A stretch of DNA of 62,901 bases, filler included, from Perkinsus chesapeaki ATCC PRA-425 (taxonomy: Eukaryota > Protista > Perkinsozoa), in NCBI GenBank assembly GCA_013115145.1. It is 18 parts of 18 records of this genome, joined end to end, with 100 filler letters (N's around TTAATTAATTAA, not from the genome) between each part and the next. Parts side by side here need not be neighbours in the genome. Positions count along the whole stretch, not along the records: positions 45,985 to 47,595 come from JAAPAO010001868.1; positions 47,696 to 48,814 come from JAAPAO010002186.1; positions 48,915 to 51,592 come from JAAPAO010001544.1; positions 51,693 to 60,005 come from JAAPAO010000982.1; 14 more parts are not named here. The stretch is one strand, 5' to 3'. Under the pieces are notes generated by a model. That model was not told the DNA's origin and did no database searches. It saw only the letters and a program-made list of their open reading frames with translations. Within the stretch, counting starts at the first letter, position 1; the number at the start of each line of letters is the position of its first letter. The position numbers were made by a program, and so were the translations under genes. Positions 47,420-58,391 of this stretch are shown in pieces.

Positions 47420-47484
47420 TAGGCCCTACTGAGTTACTCAGTAGGGCACTCAGTAGGGTTACTCAGTGCCCTACTGTAGGGCAC
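47420..47484. repeat. Cluster of CCCTACTG / CAGTAGGG motifs in both orientations
   Basis: GCCCTACTGAG-TTA-CTCAGTAGGGC (47423-47447), ACTCAGTAGGG (47448-47458) and GTGCCCTAC-T-GTAGGGCAC (47466-47484). Confidence 0.85.
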
Positions 47485-47695
47485 GACCGAGCCTGGGGGC
47501 CGAGTGGTTCCGCGGTCAGAGCGTGCTGTAACCATTGTGATCGTTAGGATCAGTTGCCGTCGGGAGACACGACTGTCGTGAAACGCCGCCGGCTGNNNNN
47601 NNNNNNNNNNNNNNNNNNNNNNNNNNNNNNNNNNNNNNNTTAATTAATTAANNNNNNNNNNNNNNNNNNNNNNNNNNNNNNNNNNNNNNNNNNNN

Positions 47696-47991
47696 CTTCC
47701 CAAAGGTGTTATTTTCGGAAGTCCCATGCATTTGGCTGAAGCCTGTTGAAATGGATAAAGATGAGACGAACTACGGAAGGATTTACACTTGTCCAGTCTA
47801 CAAGACGAGCGAGCGCCGAGGTGAGCCTTTATTCTTGTGTGGCTGCTCAGTTCGGCAATTCAGGTACTTTGTCAACTTCCGGCCATTCTACTAATCATGT
47901 AATGATGATATTCCTGCCTATTGCTCCAGAACATGATGAGACCTTCTGGGTTAAACGTGGAGTTGCCATGTTAACCCAGATTGATGATTAA
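47696..47991 (+). CDS. Dynein heavy chain, last exons
   Basis: PCIWLKP, YTCPVYKTSERRG | TLSTSGHSTNHVM, FWVKRGVAMLTQIDD*, with an intron gtgagcc...ttcag starting at 47821. Confidence 0.93.
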
Positions 47992-48573
47992 TGTGTTCAT
48001 GTTAGAAAACGAGTGGATATGATGTTAAATGGTATGTGTTGATTTAAAGAGTAACGTAATTATGAAAATCACAAGATGCACACAATTCCTCAAGACGCTG
48101 CCAGTAGTCTACGGTGAATATCGCTCACATGGCGTATCAAAAGCAGTGATTTTAAATCACCAATCAACGTAATATGGTGAAATTCGTCAAATATAATACG
48201 AACTGAAGATAGTATCAGAAATGCCAAGGATAGTGCAAAGATGGCCGTTCTCAGCTCTCTTAGAATCTGGGTCGATAGTTTGAAACTCGGAGACGAGCGG
48301 GCCGCGAGCGAGATGTGCTGCCCGGGTGAGCCGGTTTTTCCCGCACTCGACCATTACCTCGCACTGCCGATATGTTTTTGACTGACGTACCCTAGATCGC
48401 CCAAGCCGTGCCCGTCCCGAGCCACAAGTTGACCTTGCAAACAGAAAAGTTAGGAAAACGGACTGCTGCCGGGTTGCTGTCAGCAGGCACTCTCTCGGAG
48501 GAAACGAATGCACGCAAGCAAATTTTAAAGCTTGACTTGGTCAAATTTTCTTGCTGACCCAACACAGCTTCTC

Positions 48574-48770
48574 ATGATGAAGCTGTTATTCAGCCTTACT
48601 CTAATAGCTGTCGCAACTGCCGATAGTAGGTAGTCCTTACGGGACGATGTCGCTGAGCAGAATTTGACGGTTGAATCTTCTGATGGTACAAGAGGGTATA
48701 AGGTTCACACTCCGAAGGACAAGCCTGTTGCTTAAATGCTCCTTGCCCTTCATGCTTTCGGTGAGAGCAG
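48574..48770 (+). pseudogene. Possible secreted esterase/depolymerase 5' fragment with an in-frame stop
   Basis: Signal-like MMKLLFSLTLIAVATA; exon GTRGYKVHTPKDKPVA*MLLALHAF resembles the RxyxvxxP...lvvaLHG start of alpha/beta-hydrolase esterases. Confidence 0.3.
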
Positions 48771-48914
48771 TCGTTATTTACTTGACAACAGCGATTTCCG
48801 TAAGTCTGCTAACANNNNNNNNNNNNNNNNNNNNNNNNNNNNNNNNNNNNNNNNNNNNTTAATTAATTAANNNNNNNNNNNNNNNNNNNNNNNNNNNNNN
48901 NNNNNNNNNNNNNN

Positions 48915-49421
48915 AGGGATTTTCTGATAGAAAAACCGTACCTTCGAGCTCCACCCAGATCTCATCGTCGTTCTCCAACTGCTCACAAATCTTCCCGGTC
49001 ATGTCGAGATATCTCCCGTTCTCGAAGCGAACACCTGACCGATCCAAGATTCCCCTCGGAAACCGCCAGACCTATCCTCACCCGAAGGAGTTCCCAGACG
49101 GACGCTCGAGCCGCGTTTGCTGTACACAGGGCAGTAGCGGGCGATCCCGACGTTGGCTGAAACATTAGCATTAGTCGCCGAAGATTAAATCATCGCCTTA
49201 CCGAGCCACCTGACATGCTGCTCGCCTGCGCCACAGCGAATAACAAAACTTCTATCGCGGACGTGAACCTGCGGAGTCGGTGAAGCCCCACGGCTGAGGG
49301 AGAGACCTACCAGAAGTCTCATGTTGCATTCTTCTTTAGAAGTCTTGGTCCGAGGGGACTCCGCAGGAGTGCAGTCGGCAGTGGTAGCAGCCACGGAATC
49401 ATCAACATTAGTGACGGACAT
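48915..49421 (-). CDS. Multi-exon hypothetical protein with a Par3/HAL-N (PB1-like) pattern, 3' truncated
   Basis: VHVRDRSFVIRCGAGEQHVRWL | ANVGIARY ... GVRFENGRYLDMTGKICEQLENDDEIWVELE; one frame inconsistency near 49100 unresolved. Confidence 0.4.
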
Positions 49422-49522
49422 AATTTTGTGGCGAGTGAAGGAGAGGGCAAATCAATCAATAATAGCTGACACAACTCAAGGAACATCCCACGCCGGACTC
49501 AACATCCCTAAGGTCGAAACGA

Positions 49523-50385
49523 TCAGTCCAAAAATCCTTCCGACAAAACTCGCATGCCATACCTTTCAAGCTCAACCTTCTCAAAGATACTCTCGCTCTC
49601 TCCACACTTTTCATTCCCACCAGTCGTAACCGTTCGACCGACTCTTTTATCGAGTCTGCCACTACCAGCACCACAACAACGCTTTCTCTTTCGACCAGAG
49701 CCACCTGATCACGCTCGCTCGAAAATATCGCGGCTCTCTTGATCTCACATGGACACACCGTATTCGCTTCTCTGCTGCTAAAGCTAGTAGCTCCAGGGTC
49801 CCCGAGGGGCACTAGAAGGTCAGTGTCGGCACCAGCCCCTAGGCAATCGGTTATTCCGCATAGTTCAAAGTGTGTTTACCGGCAGGGCCTTGGCCTCGAA
49901 GCTCGCGTTCAAGCTGGTCGACTCGTAGATCACCGAGGAGATGGCGACCGCCTGCGCAGGAAGATACTGATTAGATCTCAGACAGCACTTACCTCTATTA
50001 AAAACGCTATAAGCTGAATACATGCCCTCTCGCCGGCGACCGAGGTTGTTGAAAATACCAATCATCACCAATGCCATAATGTACCTACCTGACACGCAGA
50101 GTGCTGGTGGAAACGGTCGCGCGGCAGCTCCACAGCAAGCCCAGGAGAGCCGATAGCTTCTTACAGTCGATCGCACCGAAATATATAGGCCCCACCAATG
50201 ACACCAAGCGTTATAGCTGTTCGGCGGAATGTGAAGCCACGTTCCGCCCAGCACGCCAGATGGCCCCGGATGAAGGCCAAGAGAGCAGGCAGCTGTAGGT
50301 AAAGGTGATAGACAAACCGGACCAGAACGCCGCTCTCAGCGATCACCTCGGCGTCGGACTTGTAACGTCTTCGAGAATCTGTCAT
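49523..50385 (-). CDS. SAYSD1: SAYSvFN-domain protein with a C-terminal SEC-C-like motif, multi-exon
   Basis: IGIFNNLGRRREGMYSAYSVFNR | GGRHLLGDLRVDQLERELRG; splicing continues in frame to NTVCP|CGSGRKRKRCG and stops at 49523. Confidence 0.85.
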
Positions 50386-50623
50386 TGCAATAGGAAAGTG
50401 AACATCAAATCCAACTGTAACGACTGCTTCGCTCCGCCTAATTTCAGGAAAATATCACAACGATTTGAAAGAAAGTGAGAATCTCGCTACGCCCTTCTAA
50501 TCGATATACTTAGCTGAGGTTCGTGACACCGCCCGTGTGTGGTTCCACTAAACTCAGCGATGGTCTGTCCCCCTACAGGGGATTGGAAACACTAATAATC
50601 ATTCACATAACTTCGGCAAGTCA

Positions 50624-51290
50624 CTAGGACTCGGTAGTAGACGCCACTGGTCGAGTGAAGTGCAGGGAAATAGTCAACAAACCGATAGCGGCCATATAGA
50701 GACCAATAATGACATGGAGCAAGGTGAAATGCATTAGGGCGATTGAGGCCTGATAGGTGGGAGAGATAGTGCTTTAGTGGTATAGGAGAAATGGCTGACT
50801 TGAAATAAGTAGAATAGGCCTCGGCCCCACAGCTCGGTGATGAGCTGGAAGTACTCGCGTATCTTTTCTTGGATTCCGAACCTGCATCAACCTAAGATTC
50901 TTCGAGGTTGAATAGCTTGACCTTACTTATTAAGATACTTCGGGTCGGCCTCCAGTAGGCATGTTACGAGACCGAACAAAGTTTGATATGCGTTAAGGAG
51001 GTACATAACAGGATGGTGGAACGCTTCGGACACCGAAAGCACCTGATAGATAGTTCGGGTGTTAGCGGGAAATACGGTATAAATACAGTCAATGCACCAG
51101 CGGAGGTGATGGCGATCCCGCCTAGAAAAGCGAGAATCCTCAGACTGTCTGGGCCTGTGTGGATGTAGGTCTGAAGGGCCTCGGCTGCCGCGGTAGTGCG
51201 GTCTCTGAACACAAACTACTTATAAGGAAGCTTGCTACTGACGAACACATTGATAGCGATAAGAAGAAGATTGCCCAGTAGACATAACTG
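50624..51290 (-). CDS. COPI-associated (Tvp15-like) membrane protein, multi-exon
   Basis: GPDSLRILAFLGG, PVMYLLNAYQTLFGLVTCLLEA, LITELWGRGLFYLFQ, HVIIGLYMAAIGLL; start approximate. Confidence 0.75.
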
Positions 51291-53653
51291 TTCCGCACTC
51301 TGTCACACTGGTCGCCGACCAATGGTCGGATTTGCACAATGTACAGTGGATCAATTCTACACTTGGAACATGTAGAATAGAATATCTTTTCGGTTCTCTC
51401 TTCGGAGACGATTGTGCACATGCCCTAAGATGCTGCTATATAATTTTTACCACTGATTTCTTTACACCACCAAAATGCTTCAGGAGCTTCTCTAATGAAC
51501 CACCAAGGCTCCGTCAATCGACTCCGGTAGGGCGAGTTTGACAACAGGAATGAATACCACAGTATCGCAATTGGCGATTCGAAAACATCATCNNNNNNNN
51601 NNNNNNNNNNNNNNNNNNNNNNNNNNNNNNNNNNNNTTAATTAATTAANNNNNNNNNNNNNNNNNNNNNNNNNNNNNNNNNNNNNNNNNNNNAGCTTCTT
51701 TTTTGTATAGGCTTCACTAGAGCTACGCTCAGCCAACCGGGTTGGCCCAACCCGCTTGCTTAGTGAAGTTTCGTTTTCCTATACTACGCATTTGTATTTT
51801 TCGCGAGGGAAACCCATAGGCGCTGAGGTTTGGAGAGGCAGTTGTAGAGCTAGGTTCACTAGATGGAAAACTTAGTCTATAAATGCGGACCCGGAGGAGC
51901 TAGTGTAGGAGTCCCAGTACTAGCAGACTACTCCTCACATAGACACACCAGGTCCCCCCAACGCCAAGGGAGGGGAGGGATGGGCAAAGATTCGCACTCG
52001 TCCTCTAGAATACAACCTATCCTCTCGTAGAAAGTCATATGCACCACTCGCTGGGTCGGGAGAGTGATTGGGTATCCAACTGCGCTATAATGACAATCGC
52101 ACGCGCCCGGCAAACCACACACGTAGGTGACACATATACGGCTAAGTGGAAAGTCACCTCAGCTTAGAATTCCCCCTACAAAACGTATTTCTTTCAAACG
52201 GAAATGCACGATGACAGACAGTTGGATACTACGCATTTCGTTGGATGTTCTCCAATGGGATCCAATGGGTGCAAGCTCGTTTCTTCTCACAGAGCTGATA
52301 CGTTTACGTCGAACTGTTGCAACTTGACGCATGACTTGCAGTACTGCTTACCTGGTGTCCTCGAAGCTTCATTTGTTAGTTGGCGAGCATACTATGAAGT
52401 ATCTCGAAACGCGAGCAGCACTTATAACAGATGGTGCCACTTATGTGATCGTATAGCCTTGGATGATGCCCGGGATGGAAAGGCCCACTCAGTAAAATAT
52501 ACTTTGGAAAACTGGTGGTTTTCCGGGGCATGCGTACCAGCGGCGTCTAAGCCTAACTGATGGTGTTATCTGGACAATGATTGCATGTTGACTTTAGAAC
52601 TGTTTCCTTTGTTATGGTGGTAGTGTTGCACAGTATCCCTGCACCCATGGTACAACTCACGAGTTACAACGTGTAGCTCACAAGACATATCACAAATCCG
52701 CCAACAGAAAGACTATTAGCGCAAGCCTGTTAACTGCCTAGCTTACGCAAGACAGTAGACTCCAAGGAGCCAATTATCGGCATGCGGCGGCACATCAAAT
52801 TCCGTTACTGGGAATTTTAAGATGGGTTGCAATGCAGGTTCCGTGTATGTCATACACGGAACCTGCATTGCAACCCCCCAATTGCCCATAATGGGCTAGT
52901 TCGTTTGTTTGTATGCTTGTTGGCAACAAGTTGCTGCCCCTGTTGTTGCACGCATAAGCGTAAGATAGCTAAGTCGGTGCGAATGGCTCGTTTGTGGAAC
53001 AAACTGAGCCCTCCTTATCAGCGGTTTCCTGCACGCACGGTGTGTGCGCGCTCTCTCGGGGCCCCCTCCCTCGAGCGCGCAGAGGCCTCACAGCTTAGTC
53101 CAAAGGTTTTGGCAGAGCAGAAGGCCGCGCGTCGAGCCGCAAAATCAATGTGCGTCGACGGGCAGACTTGCTTGTTGATAAGCGCATGCGTTCACCCTGA
53201 AGATCTCACCCGTCGCGGTCGGCCTAATCCCCCGCCTGTCTACTTTCCTAGCTATGCTTCCTACCTCTGGGCATGTACTATTGCTATGATATTATGGAGA
53301 AAATGGTATTTCCATCAGTTTGTTACAAGGCAGGGTTCATGCAGGCGCTGTGATCGTCTCTGAGTTGTTATATTACGAACGGACGGAAGCGGTCACTGTT
53401 ACCCCGGCAAGGTCACCATTGAACGGTGACAGTCTATCTCATTCAGACACACTTTCTCCTAAAAAGTGCCCTTATGATGCGCACTCGGTCAGCGGAGGTC
53501 GGCGAGCGCGCGTAGAGTAGAGTAGATGCTGAGCACGGACCGCCTAGCTTACGCCCTAAACGTAGGGGATCCGTTGAACTGTTTTCCCATGAGCGTTTCT
53601 GTCCTGTACTCGCTTCATCAATCAGCGCTTTGACATCGTTATATAGCAGAACG

Positions 53654-54725
53654 ATGATGCCAGACTCCTACTTTATCCTCATCGCTAACTTGGTATTCTC
53701 GACAACCGCGGAGATCACTTACCGTGACTACAAGAAGGGTGACAAGTACTACGATACCACCCTACGCCGCCTATGCCAGCGCAAGGCGGGGATCCCTTGC
53801 TGGGTGTCCGTTTACTCGGCGAAGAGTGAAGATGTGAGATACGCCTAAGTGCACATTCTTGCTACATTCACTCAATGTGCTGCACTGAGTGGTTCCTGCT
53901 CAGACGGTTGTTGGGTTTGTTTCGATGGACATGCCCTATAAGCTGACTGAAGGAGAAGAAAAGGCTGTTAGAAAGAAGATGTAAGTCCCAGCTACTAAGG
54001 AGCTCTCCTTCACGACCGCAAGGTAAGTGTTTCTCATCAGGCGAAATCCAAAGAAGGAAGGAGTCTTCGGCCTCATAAATTACGTAGGTGAATACCGTTG
54101 TATTTCAAATCTGTCATCGTCTTAACTTGATGTTTACCGACCGCACCTCAGTGTAACTGGCCAAGGTATGGTGAGGATTAGGCTCAGAAGCTTCAATCAG
54201 CACACGGGAGTGTGAAATCTATTGGACATGCTATGACGCTTTTGGTCGCGTTCCGCTTGAACTTTCCTCTATTCATAGGTTGATGTCGACAAGAATTACC
54301 AAGGCGGAACTGTTGGAGATAATCTTTTGGGACATTCTATCCAATTCGTAAGTACTTTGGTTAGTTATTCCTCTCTTAGAGAGGACGATGCAACGACGGG
54401 CTGATTCAGCTCAACGTGGTCTCACTTCGCCAGCCAAATGACTCCATAAAAGCTTACCAGTCACACCGACTAATCTCCGTTTGGAAGATACATGCTGTTT
54501 TATTGGAAATCCAATCCAGATGCACTTGCGATGACCGTGAAGGTCCACAAAGGGGAAGAGCGATCTATTGCAATTTACGAAAAGCTAGGCTTCAAGGAGG
54601 TTTTGGGTAAATCCGAGCGTATGTCAGGCAATATGTGCTCAAAGCTGTCTTTTAGAGGATACTTTCATGCATCTTCTGGCTTTGTATTATTGAAGGCCAA
54701 CTATACGATAGTCGAGAAGGGATAA
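53654..54725 (+). CDS. GNAT-family acetyltransferase A with signal-peptide-like leader, multi-exon
   Basis: MMPDSYFILIANLVFSTTA-EITYRDYKKGD; VVGFVSM; GVFGLINYV | DVDKNYQGGTVGDNLL; TVKVHKGEERSIAIYEKLGF. Confidence 0.75.
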
Positions 54726-56698
54726 CAAGTTCCGGGCTGCACGTCTTTTTATGTCTTGCTTCGCGAATCAAGTAGCGCGTGAGTTTTGAGCATCGAGTTA
54801 CCGAATTCTCAGGACCGTCACTGCATGTCCGGTATCCTCCTCGAGCGGCTGAGTACACAGCTGGCTTTTTGACAAGCTCATAATACGTTTTAAGTTTATA
54901 TTATAGTTCAGATGATTCTACTACACGGAGGTTAACATGACTCATGTTACATGAGTGCATTCCTGACCCCTGTTGTAGTAGCGCTCGTTTTACTAGCTGT
55001 AAAAGTTGATGGAGAACATCGCAGTTACCTCCATTTATCCATTACTTTTCATGGTTTTCATTAATATATCACAGCTTATACCAGTGTTGGATTTCAGCGT
55101 AATTAAAGATACCTATCGTAGCCTACGACAACTAGGTTGTCTCAGCTCATCGCTAGAGAGTTACAAACAGAGGGTGGGATACCGTTTGAAGGCTCCTTCC
55201 CCTGAAATCAGAGACGGATGCCAAAAACATCTTAGAAGAATGAAAAAACTCGACATCTCAGTCAGCAACCTTACTAGTTCCTATACCTCGTATGTAATAG
55301 GTATCTGATGACTCGGACCTTTGACGAAATCATGATCTCATTCCACTAAGATCAGGGGATCGCGATTCGAATCAACCTTTAATTGAGTCATTCGCTTGGA
55401 GATTCTCTCATACGAGCTATACATTATGGATACTAACGAAGACTAGCGGGTAGGCACCTCAAGGGTTCAGGGGTCAGGGGACGTCCCTGGGGACTTGGGG
55501 CTAGTCATTTTCCCGTCGGAACGTGTATGACAGATTATCACAATACACAGAAATATGAACGGAGTAGCATCAGCACAGAGAATGAGTTACGCTGCACGAC
55601 AATCGCGCAAGTGTCGTTACCGGTACGTATACCGGCGATATAATACCGCAAACATTCTCAGAGCTCCCGAGGCCTGCTGATCGTCTAAGATCCTCCGCGG
55701 GACTTATTTGCTGTGACTCATGTGGAAAGTTGCAAATAGGGAGTTGTAGTTGTATTTCTGACACGGATCTGGCGTTCTGATGTGGATCTGGCGTTTTCTA
55801 AAGTTCCCATGACAATACTGAAGTCCCCTGAGCCGTCTCTTCCTTTGCCAACCCAGGTCTGTTTCTGATCCAGGTTCAAGTCGAACCGCGGACTCTTTCT
55901 TTATCAAGGATGGTATAGATCAACGTCTTGTCACAGAAGGCCAAACCTACCGATCTGCCGCACTGCCATGAGATATCCCGTGCTAGGCAACCCTTGATGG
56001 CGCTTTTTTGTGTGCTCCCTAGATCACACACGTACTTTGATTCCTACGTATTGCGAGCATCTGTGCAGAGCNNNNNNNNNNNNNNNNNNNNNNNNNNNNN
56101 NNNNNNNNNNNNNNNNNNNNNNNNNNNNNNNNNNNNNNNNNNNNNNNNNNNNNNNNNNNNNNNNNNGAGCATTTACATGTCATCGGATGATAAGAGCCTC
56201 TTATCCTCCGATGACATGTTCCGCCTCTTATTAAAAGGCGAGACCATAACTATTCCTATAAATGCGAGAGGAGAACGAGCTTAGCGTTCATTCAACGCCA
56301 TTAAAGTAGGCCAGGAGCAGAGTCCGGCGGACTGCGCGGAGCTCCGCCCAGCGAGCCGCCGCCTGGTTTGTTGTGCCAACCAAAACAAGAACCCATAGAC
56401 AGCAGATTTCTCCACCTAGCTTCATCTAGCTTCAATGTGCAAAACCACCACGGGTACGTTATATTCTGGCCGGCTGAAGTTGAAGAGCGTCGGCGAAACC
56501 TTTTCTGTTAGGTGCGAGTACGTGCTCCAGGGCTGCGCCGTGCCGGGGTCTGACTTGTCTTGGCTCAAGACTCTTAGCTGTATTTATTTCGAGGAAACAC
56601 TCGTGGCGGTACAAGGCCGAACTATCGTGTGCGGTAATTGATGCCCTCTATTTGAATAGGGACTTCATCAGGGACATTTTATAATCCACCTCTCGGCA

Positions 56699-57882
56699 AT
56701 GAGCCCCTGGCGTTGGCAAATCTTCTACACTCTCCTCGCTGTATGCACACCCACGGATGCCGAAAATATCCAGTACCGTGATTATAAAATAGGTGACAAG
56801 TCTACTAACTACAAGTTCGACCAAAACTGTAAAGACAAGGCAGGCATTCCATGCTATGTAGCGGTCGATCTAAGCAAGGGCTCGAATGTAAGATTCAGTA
56901 GGTGTGTCTCAGTAACTTCATGGATTGGCAAGATTCCTCACTTCCCTGCGGGAAGTTCCCGCTCAGGTGGTCGTTGGATTCATTGAAATTAATATTCCAT
57001 ATGAGCCTCAAGAAGAAGTAGAGGAAGCTGTGAGGAGAAAAATGTAAGTTGGAAAAGACTTGCGAATCTATCCTCGACAAATGCGACCAGGCCCCATCCT
57101 AAGAAGAAGGGCATCTTCGGAAACATAGAATACGTAAGGGTTCGTTGCTATGAAGTATTGTAAAGTTAACAATGTAAATCATGAAATGAGGTCAGACCAG
57201 TGCTCCAGTAGGAGGAGCAATAAGTTGACTAAAGTGGAGTCTCTAAATTGCTTCATGGTCTAAGGGTGTCTCAAACTCGCTGTGGCACCGGTGCCACAGC
57301 AAGCTTGAGACACTGACCACTGGCACCTGTTCATCGATAAGGTATCTCTTTATGTCTCAGGTTGAGGTCGACTCGGAGTACCAGCGACGTGGCATTGGTG
57401 CCAATCTTATCAAGAACAGAATCGGGCTGGTAGGAATAATACGCTCAGCAGCTTCGTGCCACGAAGTTCGTGGATCCATCCTTTCAACAATTGTGTAGAT
57501 AAAATCAATATATTATCATTACATCAATATATCATTAATATATTATCAATATTATCTTCGACACTCCTGCAGTACATATCTCGCCCTGTAGGGAAAGAAG
57601 ACGCACAACGTGCTCGCTCTGATACTTTACGCTTTTGATGACAATAAGGCCGCAATGCGCTTGTACAGATCACTCGGTTTTGTGGATGTTCTGGGTAATT
57701 CGATAGGTCTTCAGATTGGCACATTAAGTTTATTAATCTCGCTCAGACTATCCGGGGTTGATGACCTATTTTGCTTTTTATTATTGATAACAAGAGCAGT
57801 TGTTCGGTACTATGAAATGCGCCAGATTTTAGCCCCATATCTGATTCGCATGAATTTTTATGAAGCCGAACGTAATCAATGA
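56699..57882 (+). CDS. GNAT-family acetyltransferase B with signal-peptide-like leader, paralog of A
   Basis: MSPWRWQIFYTLLAVCTPTDA-ENIQYRDYKIGD; VVGFIEI; GIFGNIEYV; EVDSEYQRRGIGANLI (motif A); ILYAFDDNKAAMRLYRSLGF (motif B). Confidence 0.85.
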
Positions 57883-58391
57883 TACGAGTTTTTAACAGTA
57901 TCCCGTGGGCAGGATTATCCTGCTTTTTCCACGTTTCATTAGTGTGTCAGTTCTTAGGAGGTTGTTGAAAAGGCACATCAAGCAGCGCCTATTTGTGAAC
58001 GCTTGGCTTGCTATGTTTTATTGAGGCTTCTTTTACAACAGGCTAGCAGCCCCGTTGTTGTGTTCGTCAGCCTCAGTAATTAGATTAGATCTCCAAGAAC
58101 AAGGAAATCTCCAATTTGTGATTCGCAAACGAGAACCATCTCATCATGGGATTCTCATAGCGTGAGTGTCACGAGTACCACCACTGTGGCAGGAGCTCGT
58201 CCAGACAACAAGATGGGTATCTTTTGTCCAATACAGAATCTTCCGTGAGTTGTTCGAGTTGCGGCGCGGAATTGTAATCAGACTTTCCGCTAACGCTTTC
58301 CGCATCTATATCCATCACTTAACCCCATGAGAGCTGACGCGCAATAGCGTTGGTCACTCGTATGAACAAGACAGGAAGGGTGTCTGACAAG

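Noticed and set aside
47490-47530. GGCCGAGTGGTT as a tRNA A-box
   Set aside because: No B-box or cloverleaf downstream.
47696-47991. Joining the two dynein pieces into one gene
   Set aside because: They are on separate contigs and the dynein family is multi-copy.
52827-53363. 178-aa ORF in a GC-rich patch
   Set aside because: No motif, atypical composition, no splice support.
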